A stretch of 64,000 nucleotides of DNA, taken from positions 26,170,437 to 26,234,436 of the forward strand of contig NC_092672.1 of the NCBI RefSeq assembly GCF_964355755.1, read 5' to 3'. The notes below the pieces were generated by a model that was not told the DNA's origin, did no database searches, and saw nothing but the letters and a program-made list of their open reading frames with translations. The translations under genes and the position numbers were made by a program. Source of the stretch: Antedon mediterranea. Its lineage: Eukaryota; Animalia; Echinodermata. Shown one piece after another: positions 14,101 through 24,956 of this stretch. Positions within the stretch are counted from its first letter, which is position 1; each line of letters starts with the position of its first letter.

Positions 14101-17100
14101 GCAGTATATAACATAGCGGGGCATACATTAGACAATTTGCCAGTCACGAGTACGAACGTACAACAGCATACCAGGAAAGACCCGCTATTGAGCAAAGTGT
14201 TATACATGGTACAGACAGGTTTATGGCAGTCAGAAAACGACGACGATCTAAAACCATTCCTACACCGAAGAGACGAATTGAGTGTAGAACAGGACTGTTT
14301 GCTGTGGGGATACAGGGTAGTGATTCCACTGAAACTCAGAGGGGCAGTTCTGGAGGAGCTTCATTGTGCTCACCCCGGAATCGTGCGTATGAAAGAGATT
14401 GCGCGAAGTCATGTCTGGTGGCCCCAGATAGATTCCGACATTGAACGATTGGTGAAGCAATGTCAAGCATGTCACCAAACACAAAGTCGACCAAGCGTAG
14501 CACCAATGATGCCCTGGATCTGGCCAAATCAGCCTTGGACACGAATACATATTGACTATGCGCAGAAAGATAAACGAGATTATCTAGTAGTGGTTGACTC
14601 ATATTCGAAATGGCCAGAAGTCGTTCAGATGAACAGTACGACGAGTGCAGCGACCATCAAAGCGATGAGAGAGTTGTTGACAAGTATTTACACTTGATTA
14701 TAATATTGTAATGACATATGACCTTTGACACGGAACTGAATAAACGACCTCTTTGGTCACGAACCTGAACGAGCGTGTATGACTATGAATTATATGATAT
14801 TCTAAAGTCCCAAAACATGTCAATGGCGACGAGGATTGGTATACAAAGTATATAGGCGTATTACGTGAGTTATATACAAGTTACTGAGAATGATTAGGCT
14901 AGACACATTGGACAATATTCCACCATTTGAGGTAGGAAACGATCCAACTAATTTAGCGGCAAGATGGCGGCAGTGGAAAAAGGCCGTGCATATTCTCATC
15001 ACAGCGAAAGGCGTGACAGACGCGACACAGAGAGAGGCAATTTTATTGCATGCGGGAGGCATACGCCTGCAAGAAATTTATTTTACATTGCCCGAAATAG
15101 TTGTTGAAGACGGAGAGGCGAGACCTTCTGCTTATGAAATCGCCATAAAGAAGCTTGATGCTTATTTTGAACCTCAAGTGAACTCACCATTTGAGAGACA
15201 TAAATTTAGGAAATTAAGCCAATTTGAAGCAGAATCGGTAACAAATTTTATATTTAGACTAAGAAAACAGGCTGACTTGTGTGATTTTGGCACAGAAATA
15301 GATAACAACATCAGAGATCAACTGATTGATGGATGTACGTCAGAAAAGTTAAAGAAAGTGTTGTTACAAAAAGGTAACGATTTGACTCTACCAAAAGCAG
15401 TCAACATAGCAAACTCATTTGAGCTAGTACAGAAGCAGTCGGAGACTATGGCAACGGGCAGTACTAGTAGAACAAGTAATGTAAATGCAGTTCATCATCG
15501 TACAAATCATAGAGGTGCATCGAATGACAGAAGTAGTGGTAGTGGCAAGTATTATAAACATAAACAAACACATCAGCAGCAACAGAATCCATGTTATAGG
15601 TGTGGAAGAGGCAGACACAAGCCGGAAGATTGTTGGTTTAAAGAGAAAGACTGTAACAATTGCAAGAAAAAGGGACACATTGCATCACAATGCAGAACAA
15701 GAAAGAATACGAGTACCAGTAAGCGACAACAACAACAAAATCAAGTACAAGCTGAAGAAAGCACTAGTGAAGAAAGTGATGACAGTGTAATGATGGCTTC
15801 AATGATCAGCGAGTCTAATGCTTCTAACCCAATAAAAGTTGATCTTGAACTAAATGGACAGAAATTTGACTTTGAGATTGATACAGGTGCTACATTCACT
15901 GTTGTACCTGAATGCGTATACACAAAATTATCAAATGTTTCTCTTTCAGAGACCAATATCCTTTTTAAAAGTTTTACAGGTGAACGGGTTAAACCCTTAG
16001 GTACATGTACTGTAAATGTGCAGTATAAAAACCAATGTAAGAAACTAGATATGTATGTTGTAAAAGAAACCAATCAATTGTTATTTGGCAGAGATTGGCT
16101 GCAACACATTCAACTAAATTGGTCGGAACTAATACATAGCCCACACTATGTTAACATTGTAAATGTCGATGCTCAGATAAACAAAATACTAAATGAACAC
16201 AAAAGTTTGTTTAATGGCAAATTAGGTCAACTTAAGCATACTAAAGCCCATATTGAAATGAGAGAGGGGGCTACACCTATTATCAGTAAATGTCATCGTG
16301 TACCCTATGCTTTAAAAGAACCAGTTAACAACGAAATTGACCGATTAGTCGAACAGGGAATATTAACACCTGTTAAGCATACAGAATGGGCTAGTTCAAT
16401 AGTGACCATAAAGAAAGGAGAGGGTATCCGAATTTGTGGTAATTATAAAACGACTATTAATCAAAATTTGAAACCAGTGGCCCCGCCCAATATTAATGTA
16501 GACGATATCTTATCAAAACTGGCAGGGGGACAGAAATATTCAACGTTAGATTTAACACAGGCATATAATCAGATGGAGCTTACTGAACCATCAAAGGGTC
16601 TGTTAACGTTAATAACTGAGAAAGGTTTCTACCAAGTAAATCGACTTGTTTACGGTGTGGCTTCTGCCCCATCTATTTGGCAAAATGCGATGCTTAAAAT
16701 TATTATTGGCCTAGAACAAGTCATGGTTTATTTGGATGATATAATAATAACAGGAAAAGATGATGCTGAACATCTTAAGAATTTGGAAAAAGTTTTGATT
16801 CGATTGGAAGAGGAAGGTGTAAAACTAAAACGTGATAAATGTCATTTCATGAAAGAATCTGTTACATATTTGGGTCATGTAATTGATAAAGATGGGGTGC
16901 ATAAAAGTCCCATTAAAGTTGATCAAATTATGCAAATTCCACTTCCACAAGATGTTGGACAAATGAGATCATATTTGGGCATGATAAATTATTATCAATC
17001 ATTCATTCCAAATTTAGCTACCTTATTGAGACCATTATATGCAATGATATGTAAAGGTAAATCATTTGTGTGGACTGAAGAAGCGCGAACAGCTTTTGAT

Positions 17101-20100
17101 AATTCAAAGCAAGCACTGGCTAACTCAGGTTTTTTGGTACATTTTGACTCAAGTTTACCAGTCAAAATTGCGACGGATGCTTCACCGTATGGGGTGAGTG
17201 CTATACTTAGCCATATGATCGATGGGCAAGAGCGTCCAGTCAAAATTGCTTCACGCGCATTAACTAAAGCGGAACAAAATTATCCTCAGATAGAACGAGA
17301 AGCGTTGGGAATTATTTTTGCGCTAAAGAAGTATTATCCATATATTTATGGAAGAAAATTTACACTGATAACGGATAATAAACCTTTGGTTACCATATTT
17401 GGGCCTAAAAAGGGTCTACCAGTGTTAGCTGCGGAGAGAATGCAACGTTGGGCATTATTTGTAGCCGGGTTCAACTATGATATTGAATTCAGATGTAGTA
17501 AGGCAAATGCTAACGTAGATTGTTTCTCCAGGTTACCAATTGATAAAGCGGAAAACATAAACATAGATGTAAATGTTAATTTTATGGACATGATAAATGC
17601 ATTGCCTATAACAGCTGACGAAATTAGTAAAATGACTAGTAGAGATAAACATCTAAGTAAAGTGAAACGCTTAATAATGAATGGTTGGGTGTCAAATGAT
17701 GATAAAACCATAGAACCATATTATTTAAGACGTAATGAATTATCGATAGAAAAAGGTTGTATTTTGTGGGGAGAGAGAGTAGTACTCCCTCCAAGGCTCC
17801 GTAGCAGGGTCATGGATGATCTACATTGTGGTCACCTGGGAGTTGTTAAAATGAAGAGCATTGCTCGCTCTTATATTTGGTTTCCGAATATTGATTCTGA
17901 AATTGAACAGTTGGCTAAGGCATGCGATCCTTGCCAACGTATTCAAAATAGACCAGCCACAGTGCCGATGCATCCCTGGGTACCTGCTAGGGAACGTTGG
18001 GAAAGAATTCATATTGATTTCGCCGGTCCATTTCAAGGAAAAATGTTCCTTATTGTAGTTGATGCATTTAGTAAATGGCCAGAAGTAAAAATAATGAATT
18101 CGACCACATCCACGAACACAATTGAAGCACTTCGACAAATGTTTAGTCAATGGGGTCTTCCACAAATAGTAGTTTCGGATAATGGAAGTCAGTTTACGGC
18201 TTCAGAATTTAAGGATTTTATGAGAGCAAATGGCATAATTCATAAGTATTCATGTCCAGGTCATCCGGCTACTAATGGTCAGGCCGAGAGATTTGTTCAA
18301 ACAATGAAACAAGGTTTGAAAGCCGCAATTGATGATAAATGTTCAATTCAAACAAGGTTAAGTAAATTTCTGTTAGCGTACAGAAACGCTGAACACAGTG
18401 TAACTAAACAATCACCTGCTCAATTGTTTGTAAAGAGACAGCTGAGAACAAGATTAGATTTACTTAGACCTAATGTTAATATAACAGTTAGAGATCACTT
18501 ACATAAAGAGATGGAAAAATCTAATAAGAAAATGAGAAGTTTTGTTGTGAATGATCAAGTATATGTAAGAGATTTTAGGAAGGAAGGGAGTCACAAAATT
18601 AAATGGGCTCCAGGAACCATAGTTGAAAAAAAAGGTCCATTAAAATATATTGTTAAAGTGGGATCATACACATGGAAAAGGCATACAAATCAAATCAGAT
18701 CTAGAATGGCTGATGTTTCAGAAACCGAGACCGGTAATCTGGAGGATTTGTTAGACCAATTGCTTGATAATGATAATTTAGAAAGTAATGTAATAAATGA
18801 CAAAGTTACGGTAGTACCGGAAACACCCACTAGGACCCCAGCTCCAGTGCGAAGGTCAAATAGAGTTAGAAAAGAAAGAATGAGATTAATTGAAGAATGT
18901 TATCTAGGAAACGGGTAGAAGAAGTAATTAAGAAAGAAACAGTCAAAGTATAAGATAGGAGAATTAACAGAATGATGTTTTATGGAATGATGAAAAGATT
19001 GTTTAAAACATTCTGGAAATGTTTTTGTTAAAATGTTTTTGTTGAAATAGTTGATTTACTTAAAACATAACTTGTGCAAATTTATTCAGAAGATAACTTT
19101 TAATTAACAAGGGAGAATGACAAGTATTTACACTTGATTATAATATTGTAATGACATATGACCTTTGACACGGAACTGAATAAACGACCTCTTTGGTGAC
19201 GAACCTGAACGAGCGTGTATGACTATGAATTATATGATATTCTAAAGTCCCAAAACATGTCAGTTGTTCAGTAGATACGGATTGCCTGTTCAACTTGTAA
19301 GCGATAATGGACCTCAATTTGTTAGCGACGAATTTGAATTCTTCTTAAAGCAAAACGGGGTGAAACATGTAAAGGTTGCACCTTATCACGCCGCAAGCAA
19401 CGGAGCGGCAGAACGAATGGTTCAATCTTTCAAAAGATCGTTAGCGGCAAGCCGAGCTAATGGGAAGGATTTCCAACAATGTTTGGACAGATTTCTTTTA
19501 TCGTATCGCACAACAAAACACGCAACTACGGGACAAACGCCAGCGAAGTTATTCATGGGCCGTGAGTTGAGAACGCGAGTATCACTTTTACATCCCAGTA
19601 CAGAAAACAAGGTACTTAACAAGCAGAGTGATCAGAAGCTTCATCACGACAAAACGAAAGATCTACGAGAATTTTACCCAGGTGAAATGGTATTAGTGAA
19701 AGATTTCCGACAAGAGGGAAAGTGGTGGCCAGGTACCGTGATAGAACGTACCGCTCCAAAATCATACGTAATTAGTGTTGAGGATGGCCGAGTGTGGAAA
19801 AGACACATTGACCAGTTGAAAGCGACAGACGCGGACGCTTACGCGAGTAAAACCCTTACTTCACATAGCGAGTTGGAACACAAGATTAAACAGACAGTAC
19901 CAATAACGATTGCGAGCGAAACGATTGCGAACAAAGAGCAAACATCCACCAACCAACCGGTTGAAGAGGAACATAGATTGTCTTCATCGCCTGAGGTTAT
20001 TCCACGACGCTCCACGCGACTTCGAAGGAAGCCAACACGACTTATCGAAGAGATATAGAACTTGTGAACAATGTTATTATTATGAACGTTAAAGTTATGT

Positions 20101-23100
20101 TGTTCATGTTTTTACACAAAATTATAATACATTCGTTGCCTATTCTTATTACTTCATTATTCCAAATTTGCATTCGTAATAGCTCGTCAACAGACTTTGG
20201 ATAATGAATAGAAATAAAATTACTCCATGCATCTATTACCTCTTTCCAGAAGAGAATTTTAACATTATCTCTAATGCTGGACAGACGTTTACAATTCGTT
20301 TCAAGTTGCATAGAGTTAGACAAATTTATTATTATGTACTTAAATAGCTTAAATATTGGGTTGTCTTCGGATTTATTGTTGAAAATTCTACGCAACCAAG
20401 TTATTTTTAATGACATAAAAAAAAAGTTCAAATCTACCATTCTTAATCCACCATGTAAGTAATCACTTTTCATCTGATGCCGGTTTATTTTATCAGGTTT
20501 GTTTTGCCAAATAAAACGAAAAAATAAATTATTAAGACGTACTACGTATTCATTTGATGGGTTCGGTAAGGACATGATCATATGAATGAGTTTTGGTAAC
20601 AAGAGTGATTTAATAATAGTTATTTTACCAATTACTGTCAAGTTTCGTTTAGACCATTGGTTTATCATACGCTCTATCGTTAAAAACACTCTTTCATAGT
20701 TTACATTAATCATTTGAACTGCATCTAATGAAAAGTCAATACCTAAAATTGAAAATATGGCATTGCTTATCCAGTTTATCTTTTTTCTTGTTTTTAACCT
20801 TACATTGCTACCTCTCTTACTACCTATCCATACAACTTTTGTTTTTTCTTCATTTATTCTTAAACCGGAAATACTCTCGTATGTATCCAGTGTATCGAGT
20901 GTTGCATGCAGTGATGCTTCAGACCCATCAAGTATAATGGTAGTGTCGTCTGCATATTGAGATATTGTATATTCCTCATCTCTAATTTTAACTCCCTTAA
21001 TTAGTTTGTTTTGCTTTATTAAATTATTCAATATTTCTGCACAAATTATAAAAATATATGGAGAAAGAGGGTCTCCTTGTCTACAGCCTCTTTCAATTTT
21101 AAAACGATTTGACATAGCACCGTTAACATTAACTGAGGAATACATTTCCGAATAAAAAATTGTAATCCACCTTCTAATAGACTCGCCAAAGTTAAACATT
21201 TCCATGGCTCTATCAATGAATATATGTGAAACAGAGTCGAAGGCTTTTTCGAAGTCAATTAATAATAGCATACCGGGAATCTTTAACTGTTCACTAAGAC
21301 ATATAATGTCATTCATTAGTCTAATATTTTCGCCAATAAATCTATCTGGCATAAAACCGTTTTGCTCTCTACTTATAATATGACTTAATACATTCTTTAT
21401 TCGATTAGCTATACATCCAGACGCTAACTTATAGGTGATGCTTAATAGTGATATAGGTCGCCAATTTTTTAGAAGGTCCCTTGGTTTATTCGGTTTAGGT
21501 ATAAGCGTTATGATTCCAATTTGTTGAGATTGAGATAGTTTTCCGTTCTTATACACCCAATCGAGCATTCTAACTAAATAACCACTAATATTAATCCAGA
21601 AAAATTTAAAGAATTCGGCGGAGAAACCATCTTGTCCGGGACTTTTATTGTTTTTCATATTTTTAAGAACTTGTAATATTTCATCAATTGTTAATGGCCC
21701 TTCAATTTCCTCCTTTTGTTTTTGTGATAATTTTGTCATACTATTTTTTTCAAATATTGTTTTCATAGTTACAAGATCAATTTTAACGTCTTTTAACGTC
21801 AAAATTATAATGGTGATAATTACTCACATTTGTTAATTATTATGAGGAACCAAATAAGAACTATCTGGAACTATAGAAGCAGTAATTTAATCACGATGAT
21901 TAACCTATTTGATTAACAAAATAATTAACGAAAGTTTATTGTGCTTATTGATATAATGTTAACGTTAAAATAAGAAAGGAGGAGTGTAGTATATGCACGC
22001 GCACATATATATATGCGTACTGCGCATATGCTCTGACGAGGTTAGCCTACAAAACGTTCTATACTATTGTTCATGACTACTAGTTGGTTTCATTAAATAC
22101 GTTCATTATTATACTCATCTCAACGTACTTATTAATTTGTCTACGACGATACACGACAACTACTACCACTACCACTACTACTACTACCGAATTGCTTCAA
22201 TGGCTAGTAGGACTGGACGTACAACATCCAATATAGAGTGTTCACAAGTTGGTTTCACAGGTGAAGTCACCTGGTCAAATTGCACTTTGAGAAATCCTTG
22301 AACTAAGTTGAAGCTTTTGCTTGAATTACAATAATATGAAAGTAAAATCAAGACTTATTTTGTAGTAGGCTTATAGCTCCGCCTTCCCCGCGCATTACTA
22401 AAGTTACTCCTTCCTGACCTTTTCCCATAAATCTGTGTACACTATGATAGAATTGGTCTTGTATTCATTTTTTTAGATCTCTATCTGGTTTTTTAACACA
22501 ACTTTATGAAATGTGAGATGTTGTTACAAATTCCGGTCCTATGGAACTCAAACATATATAACACCCTAAAGCAATTTAAGTTTGTTTTATTATTATTTTA
22601 CGATTTGCGTTGACTTAACGATGTGTAGCTCTGCAATCCTAAACCGACGCTGCCCAAATTTATTCTGAAGTCAAACCCTCTACATTTCTAAAGCCTCAAC
22701 TTTGGCGCCTTATATAGTACAACTACGTTTTTATCCCGGTTTAGGTTTAACATTCAACTAGAAAGCATTTGAAAACTGATTTTTTATTATTATTTCATGT
22801 TTATTTTAATTGGTTATCATGTATTAAAATATTCTAGTTTCAACCGGGAATTTTCTTAGAAATAATTTGCGTATCCACTTCTGGTCATTCCTGCACAGCT
22901 CACAGCATAATATGATATACTTTAGATACAACGGTGGAGACGTATGGTCAGCATATTGACTGCACCATCATCAACAATCAACAATCGGATTATGTAAATA
23001 TATGTAAAGTTAGAACTACTTTGCATGCTTTCATTTGACATATGTTATGAAGGTAACAGCAATAGCAGGTACAGTATAACTATGCTTACGTTGACTCAAT

Positions 23101-24956
23101 CCTAACATTTAGCGGTTAACTAAAACCGCATGGACTGATTGTCGATTGTTTGACTGTAGGACCACATGAACTGAAATAACTATTCTTTACAAATACACGG
23201 TAAGTTGCCTTATGTTGATTATGGCATGTCAGTGTTAAATGATATGTGTGATGTTATGTACAGTATTATGAATGTTTGTAGAATTAGAAAAGCTGTTTGA
23301 TTTAAGGAGTAAATCACAAGCTTTATTTGTATTTATTTCTGGAATATATAGGATAAAAGGTGCAATAATAATGCTGTATTTTAAACTATTCAAATATTCG
23401 CTGAGAGTTTACACAAATTACAGGACCTATAATGAAAGCAAACTCTGACTAAATTGAGGCAGTCATCGTGGTTGAATACTTCGAATTTACACTTGCTTCA
23501 GAATGTAATCTAACAATATATTGTGCTATGAATAATATAGCTATTAATTGAATTTAATTCAGTTTCCTTATCTAAACTATACTGTCCGGCACAGTCCACA
23601 TATGTGGTGGTTACGGTACGTCTACCATCCGTACAAATGATTCTGAACGTATGTTTACAAATCAGCAGATATAATAACACCGTTGCTAATATTAGAAACT
23701 GCAAACAGATATGTTATACTTGATGGTATTGAATAGATAAATTAATGTATGAAAACAAGAAATGTTTAGAATAATTATAAGATATGATATTTTTTTGGGG
23801 TGGTGGGGGGGGGGGGGTGGCAGAATATTTATTATTTGTTTATGAAAATGTTCTTTTTTAATAGAAAGAAAATACACTATGCATTCATTTTCATACATTT
23901 TATGAATGTATTAATCATTGCTGACCCTTTTGTGAAAATTAGTCTAATGAAATAGAACGAAAAAAAAGTTGAATATCTCTAGCTTTACAGAATTGTTATT
24001 ATATAATTAATTTACTCACAGTACACAGTTAGAACTGATGGATTTGATCTTGTAATGATTCCACTTGATGTTTGTACCTCACACTGAAATATTCGTTGAG
24101 AATCAGATCTGGTTGGCAGTGACATAACCAAGTCAGCTTTTCCTGGTGTTTCGCTTATTAATTCAAAACGACCATTCTGAGTCCTCTTATCATTAACAAA
24201 ACCAAGTTGAATGATTCTCCCATCTTCATTTATTTCATCACATTGTATTGCAGCAGGTGTAGTAGAAGTAAGTTGTGAATAGTCACAAGATATCCTCACT
24301 TCAGCATCACCTTCTTTGGCTTCGTGGTCAGATATTGTCATTAATTGACCATGTGCTTTAAAAATACAGTAACATTTTTAATAAAGAGTAATGTTGTTGA
24401 CTAAACAAAATGTTCCCTTATCACATTACATTATCAGATCAAAATGAACTTATTTAATAAAAATGTTCCCTTTATAGGGGTTTGCCTTAGAGTTTAAACA
24501 CACAAAGTAAACCCTTGGAGAAGAATCTATTTACCCTAAATAAGGCTGGGCTTAGTTTTGAAACATACATTTCCATTCGTTCAGTTATCCGTGCCTCCTT
24601 GTAGGGGTGTGTTCTCAGAATAGGTGTGTCTTAAAAGGAAGGGTTCTATAATATACGAAAGCTTACTTTTTATTGTATAAGACATTATGAATAAACTTCC
24701 AAAACAAACCTTACCTTGTTTTAGTTGTAATAGTTTATATTCGTTTTCAAGAAAGTGAAAAAAAAACATCTTATTTAAGATTCTATAGATTACATTTGTA
24801 GAATAATTTTAATTTGCATTCCTTTACTATTATATAATATTATTTAACGTCACTGTTTTGTGGACAGTACATAACATATTGTAGTAATATTAATTATTAC
24901 TATACTTTACCAGCTAAAGAAGGCATAACAATTAGCATCACCAACCAAAACGCCAT
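7993..24956 (-). CDS. Immunoglobulin-superfamily type I membrane receptor (signal peptide, V-like + I/C2 + short Ig-like domain, TM, Tyr-motif cytoplasmic tail)
   Basis: Phase-consistent exons on the - strand: 24956-24911 (MAFWLVMLIVMPSLA), 24355-24020 (V-like), 10834-10538 (I/C2-set: C..W.KNG..DDGRYTC), 9746-9522 (short Ig-like), 9171-9080 (TM), 8878-8708, 8365-8252, 8118-7993. The last exon may instead splice at 8023 to a short exon near 6860-6896. Confidence 0.8.
9931..10262 (+). mobile_element. 5S rRNA-derived SINE (SINE3-type) or 5S pseudogene with attached body
   Basis: 9931-10040 matches animal 5S rRNA (CACGTTGAAACACCGGTTCTCGTC.GATCACCGAA..GGGCCTGGTTAGTA..CTTGGATGGGAGACC..CTGGGAATA..GGTGCTGTA) with indels. 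It is followed by a ~220-bp GC-richer body and an AATAAA/A-rich tail. Confidence 0.75.
11085..11131. repeat. (CTA)n microsatellite, target of the outer Gypsy; continues at 22159-22187
   Basis: Pure CTA repeat directly abutting the 5' LTR; a CTA/CCA repeat follows the 3' LTR. Confidence 0.95.
11481..13079 (+). CDS. Outer Gypsy gag-protease-start of RT (frameshifted near 13000)
   Basis: Twin Zn knuckles (CDRC..H..C, CFKC..GH..C), protease VDTGA, RT start WATPLVC..VRVCGDYK. Confidence 0.9.
   Translation: MAAANTRILFEEFNVQDGDIDTYVDRLEQYFVALDINDGGKKRAILLSSLGETGYTTIRDLCFPDKPSTKSYDTLTTKLKEHYKPTRITISERFIFRNVKQTPGQTISQFVSHLKKKAIGLHCGFEGEALENALRDQFVCGLISQSIQKKLLTKNHTFKEAPDIAIASEAATANMKSMSHDVDKPINHVTSNSRKSTKTYQASKQTRTQKCDRCGMNNHTRDTCKYKNATCFKCNKQGHLKSECRQSSKSTKQYKPKSIKQVEAPDYDEGNDDFVDTMFCVGIKQDNSVPPITVQMRVDDIDIDFEVDTGAAVSIISFDDYESKLSHLPLKSVKRTLHAYTGTKLDIAGEIKVTVNYRGQSNVLPLIVVRTQRRNSPPLLGRTWLEVIKLDWKSLFPPSLAQNSVEIDNDVGQSFKRKFPEVFRTELGTVQGHKVTLHLKVNAIPKFCKARNVPFALRSAVEVELDRMQNEGVIYPVDFSQWATPLVCIPKADGRVRVCGDYKVTVEFKLRPISNSDPRGSFHQVGRWKAIL
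13000..14677 (+). pseudogene. Outer Gypsy pol: RT-RNase H-integrase N-half, interrupted by the inner element
   Basis: KIDLKCAY, RLPFG, IMDD, RNase H TDASPYG..DKEAL..TDHKPL, HHCC zinc finger, IHIDYA. Confidence 0.9.
14678..19262 (+). mobile_element. Inner intact Ty3/Gypsy (Mag-like) LTR retrotransposon
   Basis: 145-bp TGACA..TGTCA LTRs at 14678-14822 and 19118-19262 (1 mismatch seen), 5-bp TSD GTTGT, PBS TGGCGACGAGGAT at 14824, PPT before 19118. Removing it restores the outer integrase frame MREL|FSRYGLP. Confidence 0.97.
14890..18918 (+). CDS. Intact single-ORF Gag-Pol polyprotein (gag, 2 Zn knuckles, protease, RT, RNase H, integrase)
   Basis: 1342-aa uninterrupted ORF: IDTGA, YLDD, TDASPYG, HHCC, IHIDF..SDNG..NGQAER. 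Confidence 0.95.
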   Translation: MIRLDTLDNIPPFEVGNDPTNLAARWRQWKKAVHILITAKGVTDATQREAILLHAGGIRLQEIYFTLPEIVVEDGEARPSAYEIAIKKLDAYFEPQVNSPFERHKFRKLSQFEAESVTNFIFRLRKQADLCDFGTEIDNNIRDQLIDGCTSEKLKKVLLQKGNDLTLPKAVNIANSFELVQKQSETMATGSTSRTSNVNAVHHRTNHRGASNDRSSGSGKYYKHKQTHQQQQNPCYRCGRGRHKPEDCWFKEKDCNNCKKKGHIASQCRTRKNTSTSKRQQQQNQVQAEESTSEESDDSVMMASMISESNASNPIKVDLELNGQKFDFEIDTGATFTVVPECVYTKLSNVSLSETNILFKSFTGERVKPLGTCTVNVQYKNQCKKLDMYVVKETNQLLFGRDWLQHIQLNWSELIHSPHYVNIVNVDAQINKILNEHKSLFNGKLGQLKHTKAHIEMREGATPIISKCHRVPYALKEPVNNEIDRLVEQGILTPVKHTEWASSIVTIKKGEGIRICGNYKTTINQNLKPVAPPNINVDDILSKLAGGQKYSTLDLTQAYNQMELTEPSKGLLTLITEKGFYQVNRLVYGVASAPSIWQNAMLKIIIGLEQVMVYLDDIIITGKDDAEHLKNLEKVLIRLEEEGVKLKRDKCHFMKESVTYLGHVIDKDGVHKSPIKVDQIMQIPLPQDVGQMRSYLGMINYYQSFIPNLATLLRPLYAMICKGKSFVWTEEARTAFDNSKQALANSGFLVHFDSSLPVKIATDASPYGVSAILSHMIDGQERPVKIASRALTKAEQNYPQIEREALGIIFALKKYYPYIYGRKFTLITDNKPLVTIFGPKKGLPVLAAERMQRWALFVAGFNYDIEFRCSKANANVDCFSRLPIDKAENINIDVNVNFMDMINALPITADEISKMTSRDKHLSKVKRLIMNGWVSNDDKTIEPYYLRRNELSIEKGCILWGERVVLPPRLRSRVMDDLHCGHLGVVKMKSIARSYIWFPNIDSEIEQLAKACDPCQRIQNRPATVPMHPWVPARERWERIHIDFAGPFQGKMFLIVVDAFSKWPEVKIMNSTTSTNTIEALRQMFSQWGLPQIVVSDNGSQFTASEFKDFMRANGIIHKYSCPGHPATNGQAERFVQTMKQGLKAAIDDKCSIQTRLSKFLLAYRNAEHSVTKQSPAQLFVKRQLRTRLDLLRPNVNITVRDHLHKEMEKSNKKMRSFVVNDQVYVRDFRKEGSHKIKWAPGTIVEKKGPLKYIVKVGSYTWKRHTNQIRSRMADVSETETGNLEDLLDQLLDNDNLESNVINDKVTVVPETPTRTPAPVRRSNRVRKERMRLIEECYLGNG
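19264..20058 (+). pseudogene. Outer Gypsy integrase C-half
   Basis: SDNGPQF..NGAAER..TPAKLFMGR..WKRHIDQL..RRSTRLRRKP. Confidence 0.9.
20129..21799 (-). mobile_element. Internal fragment of an L1/Tx1-clade LINE (RT region only), antisense within the Gypsy 3' UTR
   Basis: Open ORF 21802-20042 with KSPGQDGF, NWRPISLL, DFEKAFDSV, GCRQGDPLSP, QYADD. No endonuclease, no C-terminal CCHC, no tail. Flanked by a 12-bp direct repeat CAAAATTATAAT (20117-20128 and 21800-21811). Confidence 0.9.

Larger units (their letters stand above)
11132..22158 (+). mobile_element. Outer Ty3/Gypsy (Mag-like) LTR retrotransposon, disrupted by two nested insertions
   Basis: 174-bp TG..CA LTRs at 11132-11305 and 21985-22158 (1 mismatch seen), 5-bp TSD ACTAC, PBS TGGCGACGAGGAT (tRNA-Ser type) at 11307, PPT AAGAAAGGAGGAG at 21972-21984. 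Confidence 0.95.

Noticed and set aside
20042-21802. env-like or novel third ORF of the LTR element
   Set aside because: The protein is clearly L1/Tx1 RT with a flanking direct repeat; removing it leaves a normal-length Gypsy 3' UTR. Kept only as a cargo hypothesis.
24020-24355. Siglec-type sialic-acid-binding V domain
   Set aside because: The F strand (RIFQCEVQT) lacks the essential Arg in the Siglec position.
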